NCBI RefSeq assembly: GCF_006345805.1
Contig: NW_021824112.1
Location: 1-19,669 of the forward strand
Direction of reading: 5' to 3'
Length of the DNA: 19,669 nt
Source of the DNA: Octopus sinensis
Lineage: Eukaryota
Positions 1 to 9,517 of this stretch are shown here, piece after piece; the stretch's first letter is position 1; the number at the start of each line of letters is the position of its first letter. The notes below the pieces were generated by a model. The model saw only the letters and a list, made by a program, of their open reading frames with translations, made no database searches and was not told the DNA's origin. The position numbers and the translations under genes are program-made.

Positions 1-306
1 GGAAGGAAAGAAGGAAGGAAGGAAGGAAGGACGGAAGGAAAGAAGGAACGAACGAACGAACGAACGAACGAACGAAGGAAAGAAGGAAAGAAAGATAGAA
101 AGAAGGAAAGAAGGAGAGAAGGAAGGAAAGAAGAAAAGAAGCAAAGAAGCAAAACACGAAAGAAAGAAAGAAAGAAAGAAAGAATGAAAGAAAGAAAGAA
201 AGAAAGAAAGAAAGAATGAGAGAAGGAATGAAGAAAGAATGATTGAGAGAAGGAAAGAAGGAAAGAAGGAAGGAAAGAAAGAAGGAAGGAAAGAAGGAGA
301 GAAAGA
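1..306. repeat. Purine-rich compound tetranucleotide microsatellite (GGAA)n/(CGAA)n/(GAAA)n
   Basis: Direct reading: GGAA units, a CGAA run at ~48-74, GAAA runs at ~160-215. Confidence 0.95.
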
Positions 307-767
307 TGAAAATTATAGGGAAGTGGGCAATAAAAAAAACGATGTGATCAGAGATATAGTTCAAAATGTACCCTGAAAGGATAGGGTACGTTTTAATCTG
401 TATTGGTGAAGAAGAAGAAGAAACGTTCTAAAACCTAACAAACAAGCATACATTGAAAACAAGTATAAAAGGAAATAAGCTTTACGTTGAAATAAGGACT
501 TAGTGATTTAGTGATTTAGTAGCTGCAAGACGTTTGATAAGAAACCGCTTTCAAACGTTCAATTAACTGTGAATGAAAGGAAATTTGGAAAAAAAATGAA
601 CGCAAGTAACGAAGAAAGAAAGAAGGAGAAAGGAAAGAAAGACAAAGAGAAAGCGCAAACAGGAAGTGAAGTGACGTGTGTACGTGCATGTATGTATGAA
701 TTCATGTATGTACATATGTATACATATATATACATAAACACAACATATACATATATATATATATATA

Positions 768-1165
768 CTCTTTTACTCTTTTACTTATTTCAGTCATGTG
801 ACTGCGGCCATGCTGGAGCACCACCTTTAGTCGAGCAAATCGACCCCGGGACTTATTCTTTGTAATCCCAGTACTTATTCTATCGGTCTCTTTTTGCCGA
901 ACCGCTAAGTAACGGGGACGTAAACACACCAGCATCGGTTGTCAAGCGATGGTGGGGGGACAAACACAGACACACAAACATATACACACACATACATATA
1001 TACGACAGGCTTCTTTCAGTTTCCGTCTACCAAATCCACTCACAAGGCATTGGTCGGCCCGAGGCTATAGCAGAAGACACTTGCCCAAGATGCCACGCAG
1101 TGGGACTGAACCCGGAACCATGTGGTTGGTAAATTAGCTACTTACCACACAGCCACTTCTGCGCC
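768..1165 (-). mobile_element. tRNA-derived SINE, OK-family-like (octopod), full length
   Basis: Minus strand starts GGCGCAGAAGTGGCTGTGTGGTAAG, has B-box-like GGGTTCAGTCCC (1102-1113), an internal (TA/TG) microsatellite and a (GAGTAAAA)-type tail. Same sequence recurs at 1266-2051 and 9242-10001. Family name from recall. Confidence 0.88.
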
Positions 1166-1265
1166 TATATATGTAAGTATACATGTATATGCTCTTTAGT
1201 AACAATACCAAGGGCCGAGAAATTAAATTTGTAACTTATTTCACTATCATTATTTCACATTAAGA

Positions 1266-2051
1266 CTCTTTTACTTGTTTCAGTAATTTGACAGCGGTCA
1301 TGCTGGAGCACCGCCTTTTAGTCGAGGAAATCTACCTCAGGACTTATTCTTTTTAAGCCTAGTACTTATTCTATCGGTTTCTTTTGCCGGTTGTGAAGCG
1401 ATGTTTGGGGGGTGGGACAAACACAGACGCACAAACACACACACACACATATATACATTTACATATATACGACGGGCTTCTTTCAGTTTCCGTCTACCAA
1501 ATCCACTCAAAAGGCTTTGGTCGGCCCGAGGCTATAGTGGAAGAGACTTGCTCAAGGTGCCACGCAGTGGGACTGAACCCAGAACGATGTGGTTGGTAAG
1601 CAAGCTACTTTATTTCAAAAAATTTTGCCATAAAGGCATGATACAGAGTAGCTTGCGGGCTGGAGAGAAACATTGATGAGATAAATGATGAAATAAAAGG
1701 ATATTAATGGAAGAAGACAAAAAACGCCCGCCAATTTTTTGCTTCTTTAAAACATTATTTTTTACACAAACCGAGGTATTTTTAAACAAACCGAGGTATT
1801 GAACCTCTTATTTCCATTTTACAATTATTGGTCTTAATAGTCCATTTACAAATTGAAACATTATTATTTTTACTACAAAAAAACAAACCGAGGTATTGAA
1901 CCTCGTACTTCCGTTTTTACAGTTACGGTTCTTTAATTCAAGATGGCTTCCAAGCACGTCTTGACAGTGTTCACTCTCGTAAGGGACTGACAAACTCACG
2001 CATGCGTAAGCGAGTTAAGCAAGTTACTTGCCACACGGCCACTCCTGCGCC
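1266..2051 (-). mobile_element. OK-like SINE, copy 2, interrupted near its 5' head by a 405-bp insert
   Basis: 1266-1610 aligns to copy 1 (with a ~45-bp internal deletion near 1389); the missing head CCACACGGCCACTCCTGCGCC resumes at ~2030-2051. Confidence 0.85.
1611..2015. other. Unidentified 405-bp insertion flanked by a 14-bp direct repeat
   Basis: TAAGCAAGCTACTT (1597-1610) and TAAGCAAGTTACTT (2016-2029), 13/14 identical, bracket the segment inside the SINE. Confidence 0.7.
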
Positions 2052-2150
2052 TGGAAGAATCTTCAAAGAATCTTTCAAACCAAATTAAAAAACGAAAGAC
2101 AATATTGTGCAATCAATAAAAAAAGAGCTCGCGATGGATGGGAAGAATTT

Positions 2151-2561
2151 GGATCTTTTCGATTTGAACGGCAGTTTTTTCTAGCGGTGTCATATGAAAT
2201 TGTCACCCATAATTATGACCCTAGTATCGATCTATTGCATTTCAATCTGTTTTAGGGTTAGGGTTAGGGGTGGGGGTGAGGGTATCTTTTTTTCTTCACA
2301 AATGTAAATAAACCCAATCTGTTTCTTAAACAAGGGACATATTCATACGGTACAATGTTTTCACCTCAATAGACGTCTTTGATTGGTTGAAATTGCAGAA
2401 ATTGAAGAAAAAAAACAAATATCTTACAAACTATAGAATTTTCTCAATAAAGCCAAGAGAAAAAGATGTTTTATAAACACATTCTACCAGTATACGAAGT
2501 TTAAAAGTGTTTAGTTACGTGGAAATTATTTTAAAATCTGCCGTTCAAACCGAAAAGATCC
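2151..2561. mobile_element. Non-autonomous DNA transposon (MITE), 24-bp TIR, 8-bp TSD
   Basis: Left GGATCTTTTCGATTTGAACGGCAG vs reverse complement of right end GGATCTTTTCGGTTTGAACGGCAG (1 mismatch); TSD AAGAATTT at 2143-2150 and 2562-2569; internal (TTAGGG)3 at 2252-2269. Confidence 0.92.
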
Positions 2562-3150
2562 AAGAATTTAAATACATCTGTTTCATTAGGATTTGTTGTG
2601 GGAAGGATGTTGTCCAAATGTAAAGAAAGACAATAAGTTAAATGACATAACATTATTGATTATATTTAGACATGTACAAATGGTAAAATAATTTCATGAA
2701 GATGATAAAAGTGATATATTCTGAATTCACATGCATGCTGATAACGTTTGAAAAATTAATGGGGTAAATAAGAATTGCAACTGCTTTAATCGGATATCGA
2801 AGAAGCGACGCCTCCACAAGAAGTTTTAACCCTTTACTCTGGTAAACAGATATATCTATGTCGAAATTTCGTTGCCTTTAAAATGTGGAAAGCAGATTTG
2901 TATACCAATCTTATCTTTTGTTGGGGAATGTCATGCTTGAAACTATTCGCAGTTGGAACATGTCAAGTTTATTGAGGCAACAAAACTTGCAGAAAAAAAA
3001 AATAACAGTTCTACTTTTTCGGTAACTATTTGACATCGTTACTGGAATAACAATGAAATTTGAAGTGAAAGAGTTAACAGCAGATCCGTTACCTTAAAGC
3101 CTTAACGAAGTAATTCAAGCACCCTTTCTACTATAAGCACAAAGGCTTGA

Positions 3151-3221
<71 letters not shown>
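3151..3221. repeat. (AAT)n microsatellite
   Basis: Direct reading. Confidence 0.97.
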
Positions 3222-3225
<4 letters not shown>

Positions 3226-3363
3226 AAATAATACAACACAAAAAACAACCAAATATATGGCACACTAGGCATAACAACAACGTTAACTTCCAACCTGTTG
3301 TCTCTTGAGGTCTCCGGGTGAGACTTGGAGCCAACTTGTACAAATATAAAGCAAAAGTCAAAC

Positions 3364-3366
<3 letters not shown>
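3222..3366 (+). mobile_element. 5'-truncated non-LTR retrotransposon 3' end with (AAT)n tail, possibly R4/Dong clade
   Basis: Unique ~145-bp segment containing TCTCTTGAGGTCTCCGGGTGAGACTTGG, embedded between two AAT arrays. Dong-type R4 elements are known to target (TAA)n. Clade assignment by recall only. Confidence 0.5.
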
Positions 3367-3408
<42 letters not shown>

Positions 3409-3417
3409 TTAATAATA

Positions 3418-3504
<87 letters not shown>
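3367..3504. repeat. (AAT)n microsatellite
   Basis: Direct reading, few interruptions. Confidence 0.97.
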
Positions 3505-4055
3505 GCTCTCATGGCTTCTGATCTTAACTGATTGGAAGTGTTATCATGTACATTGTTTTGTCTTGGTATAAAAGATGGGCTACAGCAAATATTTTGCTCA
3601 ATACCACAGATTTGCTTGTCAGTTGTTTGACCTTAACCAGTTGAGCATGTCCCTTAGTGGCTGACGATATGTGCATCTCTGATCACGAGCAGAAGTAGTG
3701 GGGGAGCATCATAGCCATGTGTTGAGAGGGATTCTTTGGGATTTGAATAATTTACCTCTGGAAACATGGGTGGTTCTTTCAACATCCTTAAGCAACCCTT
3801 ATGCAGGGATCTTTTGAGCGGGATGGGTTACTCGACCAGAAGAAAATTCTAACTGGGCCCCACCTGCAAGGTCATGTGCTGTTTATCTTGATATGAGATC
3901 ACCATGTCGCGCACATATGGTTGTGATGCATGTGCCTTTGTGATGCATGTGCCTGGTGTACCCTTATCAGACGGGTAGTCATGATGGGTGTATTGGGCTT
4001 CGTATATTTTACCCCAGTGTCACTTTGATGGCATGAACTGCTCTCTCACTCAATG

Positions 4056-4102
<47 letters not shown>
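3505..4102 (+). mobile_element. Probable LINE 3' UTR fragment ending in an (AAT)n tail
   Basis: ~550 bp of non-coding sequence ending CTGCTCTCTCACTC followed by (AAT)n at 4052-4102; 17-bp tandem duplication TTGTGATGCATGTGCCT at 3921-3954. Clade not determinable from sequence alone. Confidence 0.55.
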
Positions 4103-4300
4103 TCGTTCGTTTATTGGCCACAAAGGCTAACAAAAATCAATTAAAACATAAAGGGACAAAACACAGGACGAAAGTTACAAAGGGTTTTGTCCGTTTGAAA
4201 AAAAGGTCCGTGTACAAAAGCAGGATAACAACGAAATATAAGTAACAATTAAAACTCCCAATAGGGGGAGCCGCTTCGAAAGGTTACTCGTGGAAAAACA
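4103..4300 (-). mobile_element. 3' terminal fragment of a Tx1/L1-like element
   Basis: Plus-strand start TTTATTGGCCACAAAGG resembles the terminus TTATTTATTTGCCACAAGG (4520) of the adjacent Tx1-like element, same orientation. Confidence 0.45.
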
Positions 4301-4318
4301 ATAATAATAATGATGATA

Positions 4319-4361
<43 letters not shown>

Positions 4362-4410
4362 GATGATGATGGTGGTGGTGGTGGTGGTGGTGATGATGAT
4401 GATATGATGC

Positions 4411-4455
<45 letters not shown>

Positions 4456-4518
4456 GATGATGATGGTGATGATGATGATGATGATGATGATGATAATGGT
4501 CATGATGATGATGATGAT
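4301..4518. repeat. (GAT)n/(GGT)n compound microsatellite
   Basis: Direct reading. Confidence 0.95.
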
Positions 4519-4519
4519 C

Positions 4520-6412
4520 TTATTTATTTGCCACAAGGGTGAAGAATGAGGGGTACGATACAAAGACAGACATAAAGTGTGTGTGGGTTACATATAATGA
4601 AATGATAAAAAAAGTGAAAGAAAGAAAAATGTATATACGGTATAGACTGAAAAAGAAGGGACATATGCATAGCATACAAAGGTTTAGAAAAGGAGTCGAG
4701 GAGGATGATAGAGATGTGGTCCTCTCGGGATAATCGAAGAACCCCACTGTCCGAGATTTCCCTGAAACCCTGAGAGCAAATGCTCTCTCCAATTCTTTCT
4801 CTCCGACTCTTAGTTCTACGCTTAGAGAAGTACCATCCACTCTTGCCATTTTCGCAACTTTCACCCATCTTTCAAGAAACTCACTCGAGGACAGCACTTC
4901 CCTCTCCACCCTCAATTTCCTTTTCAAGTGAAACTTGAAGAAATCAGTGAGAGTCCAACCAAAGAGGAATGTATCTGTCCTCATACCTTTCAGCCCTGCC
5001 CACCAAACAACCTCTTTCGCTACAGCCACCATGCAAAAGGAAACTGCCTTGCCTGCCCAATTGAAGGAGGGTGGTGGTGCGATCATCACAGACGGACCCA
5101 TCCCACACGTGACAGCAGCTGTTCGACATAACCTCACAAGTCAGCAATGCCTGGACACTGAACGAGGACGTGCAGAACGGTTTCGTAACTCTGCGCGCAC
5201 CTCGAACAAGCCCATCTGACAGTACATCCGTGCCTGTAGAGTTTACCTCGAATTGATAGCGCCCGCCGGTAACACTAAGAAGCCAAGGACATCTGGAAAT
5301 TAACCATGATAGTTCATATCTGGAAAGTTCTCCGGGAGAGCCTAGCCAGTTCGTTCTCGTCGACGCCCAGAGTCTCCCCGAGAACATCGTCGCACTTCCC
5401 CACCTCCACATTAATCCCCTATAAATTTCTCAAGTACAACATCCACTGATCCCATTTCCCAACTGGTAGAGGGCTGTGAGCACCTGATGACATTCTAGGG
5501 GCCAAGCGCACAGTCTCGTCTTTTCTTCAGCCAGTATTGCAAAGCCACAGTCGAACCAATTCTACTATATGGCTCAGAAACCTGGACGTTATCAAAGAAG
5601 CTTGAGAGGCGGTTGGATGGAACCTACACTCGCCTCCTTATGAGAGCTCAAAATCTCTCGTGGAAGCGCCATCCAACCAAAATGCAAATATATGGGAAAT
5701 TACCACCTGTGTCATCTCTTGTGAAAGGTAGGAGAGTCCAGTTTGCTGGACATTGTTGTAGAGCTGAAAAAGAAGTAATTTCTACTCTTCTCCTCTGGAA
5801 GCCATCTACTCGCAATACCAGAGGGCGCACACTCTCCTACCCTGATGTAATCTCCAGGGATACAGGTATCCAGCAACAGAACCTCCGTAATGCTATGATG
5901 GACCGTGAAGTCTGGCGTAACATAGTAAATTCCATTGTCTCGACCACGGTCGAACAATGATGATGATGATGATTGCAACTCTGTCAAGGACACAAGCTGC
6001 AGAAAGACGAGCCTCGCAAACGGAGCCCCCACAACGCTCACTGTCCAGAAATCGTAACTTAAAGGTGACGTAACTTAAGAGCGTGTCTGCGCATTTGGAG
6101 CCACGGCATACTTAATCCGCCACTCAGAGGATGCTGGTAACAGACTGACCGTCTGACCATTGGAACGCATCCCTTCCACAAGAATTTAGATGAGACGCTC
6201 CAGCCTGGTCAAGCAGTAACCGGGACAAGGCACGACGGTTAGGCGATAAATAATAACGGAGCATTCTCTACCTTTGCCCAATCTTTCAAGGTCAGTTTTC
6301 TCTCAGCCCATTTCTGGGTAAGTCTGGTCACCCTGTTCGCCACCTCTTCCCAGTTCTTATCAGCCTGGAAGTCGGAACCAAACCAGACCCCGAGCAGCTT
6401 AACTGGTGACGA
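4520..6412 (-). pseudogene. Decayed Tx1-like (L1 clade) non-LTR retrotransposon, ORF2 C-terminal half plus 3' UTR, split by an RTE insertion
   Basis: Minus-strand translation gives PVKLLGVWFG...NWEEV, YRLTVVPCP, FLWKG, a CCHC knuckle CSRCAQSYETVLHVLVQC (5155-5208) and AKEVVWW...FFKFHLKRKLRVER...ERW, all typical of L1/Tx1 ORF2. Multiple stops and frameshifts. Confidence 0.85.
5543..5971 (+). mobile_element. 5'-truncated RTE-clade LINE (ORF C-terminus plus (TGA)n tail)
   Basis: Frame ATVEPILLYGSETWTL...LDGTYTRLL...RRVQFAGHC...DREVWR...EQ* (stop 5958-5960); TSD ATTGCAA at 5536-5542 and 5972-5978. Confidence 0.88.
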
Positions 6413-6414
6413 CA

Positions 6415-6529
6415 GCCTGCTATGCGGATTTTCGCGTCTCCAGATATTGTAGATCTCTTTTTGTGTGATTGATGTTTCTGGGTTTAGTGTTGTATAATAA
6501 TAAGCATGCATAACGTCGATATATTCCTC
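6415..6529 (-). pseudogene. Possible N-terminal fragment of a restriction-like-endonuclease (R4/Dong-type) non-LTR ORF
   Basis: Translation EEYIDVMHAYYYTTLNPETSITQKEIYNIWRRENPHSR resembles from memory the N-terminal helical region of R4/Dong-like ORFs; short and unverified. Confidence 0.3.
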
Positions 6530-6829
6530 TTTAAAGCATGATAATAATAATAATATTAATAATAATTACCCTTTTAGAAGGGGTTTTAGAAAATGCTCAA
6601 AATTTAGAACGCAGTATAAGGGTTGAAAGCTTTGTAATAGTAAGGCTGAATTGTTATAAGACTTCAAAACAAGGCAAAGCAGTTAAGCTTTAGCAAGTTT
6701 TATATAAAATTTGTCCTATAATTCTGTTTTGTAGCTTTAACTTGTATACGCTAAAGAAAGCGTATGTAGGTTTGTTATTTAAAGACGTAGATTTTGTTGA
6801 AGGATTTCATCAATTAATTACAGATATAC

Positions 6830-6901
<72 letters not shown>

Positions 6902-7004
6902 TAATAATCAATATAGGGTGGCAAGGAAATTTTGTAGAATTTTATTGCCACCGCCCACGGGAAAAAATTAAATAGTCATAGACCATTTTAAGTTCAAACA
7001 TTAA

Positions 7005-7358
7005 CAATTAAGGAACGGCCATAATAGGCCATTCACCCACTAGAAATAACAGCCAAGCTTCTACGCAAATAAAGTCAATTCCGTAAACAGGAGAATTAAA
7101 AAACAATTTACCCTGTATTTCTTCTGTACGGTATACCGTTTCATCCGTTGTTTATGGTAACCAACATAATTAAAGTAATTTAATTTAATTTAATTAGGTT
7201 GGTTACCATTAAAAACGGAGAAACGGTATACCGTACAAGAATTACGGGTAATGTTTTTTTTATTGTTCTTTCTGTTTACGGAATGGATCTTATTTGCGGT
7301 AGAAGCTTTGGCTGTTATTTCTAGTGGGTGAATGGCCTATTATGGCCGTTTCTTAATG
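7005..7358. mobile_element. Fold-back MITE (near-complete palindrome) flanked by TTAA
   Basis: Arms ~7001-7174 and 7189-7362 are reverse complements with scattered indels around a 14-nt loop; TTAA at 7001-7004/7359-7362 and again at 7008-7011/7353-7356. Confidence 0.88.
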
Positions 7359-7399
7359 TTAATATATATAATATATAATATTATATATATATAATATAT

Positions 7400-7606
7400 G
7401 TCCGAGTCAGACGCCATGATAGATCGTTACCCACTTACACACATTTTTTTTCTCTCTTGTTTCTCACCTTGTTTTTTCTGTGTCCCTTTCTGTGGAAGAG
7501 CGTAGGCTCGAAACGTAAAAAGCTTTTCATCCTGAGCGTTATACTATCATCTGTTTGTTTTGTACCCACCCTTCTTCGTCTTTTGTTTTCTTTTTCCGTA
7601 AACTCT

Positions 7607-7612
<6 letters not shown>
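7400..7612 (+). mobile_element. Penelope-like element terminal-repeat remnant with a hammerhead-like motif
   Basis: Contains GAAGAGCGTAGGCTCGAAACGT (stem-II hairpin plus GAAAC with palindromic ACGT), followed by a T-rich tract and an (AT)n flank, as typical of PLE pseudo-LTRs. Confidence 0.6.
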
Positions 7613-7647
<35 letters not shown>

Positions 7648-7651
7648 TATA

Positions 7652-7685
<34 letters not shown>

Positions 7686-7813
7686 CATAATATAGACTAA
7701 CATTTTTATTCTTTTTACTGACATGAATCTTATGTTTGAACTATAAATGTTATTAAGCTATTTCCCTTTTACATTGTAAGACGTTCTCTGTCTTCACTAT
7801 TTAACATTTTACT

Positions 7814-7817
7814 TATA

Positions 7818-7861
<44 letters not shown>

Positions 7862-8222
7862 CATAAAAAATATGTATTTATATATATATATATATGTGTG
7901 TGTGTGTATGTATGTATGTATGTATATGCCATAAATATAGGGGCATTGTTAATCTACTCGTACTTTAAATAGGTATATATTTCAAAAGTTAAACGAACAT
8001 AACTACATTTAAAAAAATAACTGCTTTTACTTCTGACAACAAAGTTTATGATAGCGATAAAAAACAAAAAAAGGAACATATAGATTTCGCTAATCAGGAT
8101 ATGTGCTTGTATATAGAATTGAATATGTAAACACACGTGGATCATACGTAACAAGAACCTACGAGTAGCATCGAAAGAGATCATCACTTCATGTATGTAT
8201 ATATATATGCTTATATAAATGC

Positions 8223-8272
<50 letters not shown>

Positions 8273-8443
8273 GTATGTATGTATGTATACATATATATAT
8301 ATATAATAAAAAAGGGGAGCAGAGAGGGAAACATACATATACATATGTTAATGGAGACTTAGGTGTGTATAAATTTTTATGCATATATATACTTATGTGT
8401 GTGTATGTATAAATATATATATATTTATGTATGTATAGATATA

Positions 8444-8492
<49 letters not shown>

Positions 8493-8850
8493 TATATATA
8501 TATGTATGTATGTATATATATTATATATGTATGTATGCATGTATGTATGTATGTACGTACAGACACACACGTACACACATAAATGCATACATGTATAATT
8601 TCGTATATCACGCACAAATAAATGCATACATATATAAATGCGTGCATACACACAGAAATGCACACATGTATAAATGCACACATACATGTGTGCGCACACA
8701 CATGAAAATATATATATACATATATATTTGCGAAAACACACACATATCTTAGAGATATTTGAATATATTTGTGAGCACACACACACATACGCACACACAC
8801 ACACATACACATATATATATGTTTACGCCTGAGAGTGCGTGTGTGTGTGT
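7814..8850. repeat. Blocks of (AT)n/(ATGT)n/(AC)n microsatellite with short unique spacers
   Basis: Direct reading; all overlapping ORFs are Y/I/H/T/V/C low-complexity artefacts. Confidence 0.9.
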
Positions 8851-9057
8851 ATGTGTGTGGATTGTGTAATTGTATATGTGCTTACATGCGAAGGGTGTGG
8901 CTTGCAAAATGACTGACCCGATGGGGGTAACGAACATTAAAACATTAAAATACTGGTTTGGCTACAGCCATAAATTTCACAATTAAACGAAAGGAACACG
9001 AAACAGTCGTCGGCCATGTTTTGTTGTTATTTGTATTTCTGTTTCAACGTTTTATTT

Positions 9058-9060
<3 letters not shown>

Positions 9061-9101
<41 letters not shown>

Positions 9102-9240
9102 ACACACACACACACACATGCATACATACACGTACGCACACATGTACATACATACATACATACATACATACATACACACATACATACATACATACATACA
9201 TACATACATACATACATACATACGCAAATGTAAACATACA
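9061..9240. repeat. (AC)n/(ATAC)n microsatellite
   Basis: Direct reading. Confidence 0.95.
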
Positions 9241-9241
9241 A

Positions 9242-9315
9242 GGCGCAGGGGTGGGTGTGGTAAGAGGCTTTCCTCCCAACCACATGGTTCCGGGAACGTA
9301 TATATATATATAATA

Positions 9316-9351
<36 letters not shown>

Positions 9352-9451
9352 TGTGTGTGTTTGTGTATGTACATGTGTGTGTGTATACATATATGTGCGT
9401 GTTTGTGTGTGCGTGTGTGTGTATGTATGTATATATACATTATATATATAT

Positions 9452-9517
<66 letters not shown>

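Noticed and set aside
768-1165. tRNA gene
   Set aside because: Only A/B-box-like remnants in a SINE head; no full cloverleaf, and it continues into a repeated SINE body.
1600-1656. 10-bp inverted repeat GCAAGCTACT / AGTAGCTTGC at the left insert junction
   Set aside because: Short; could be chance or a repair template-switch scar, with insufficient evidence to choose.
2252-2269. True telomere or chromosome-fusion scar
   Set aside because: Only three units, and they lie inside a TIR/TSD-bounded MITE.
2052-2830. Decayed ORF restored by removing the MITE (KELAMDGKN|LNTSVSLGFVVGRMLSKCKERQ)
   Set aside because: Short, quickly hits several stops, and no recognisable family.
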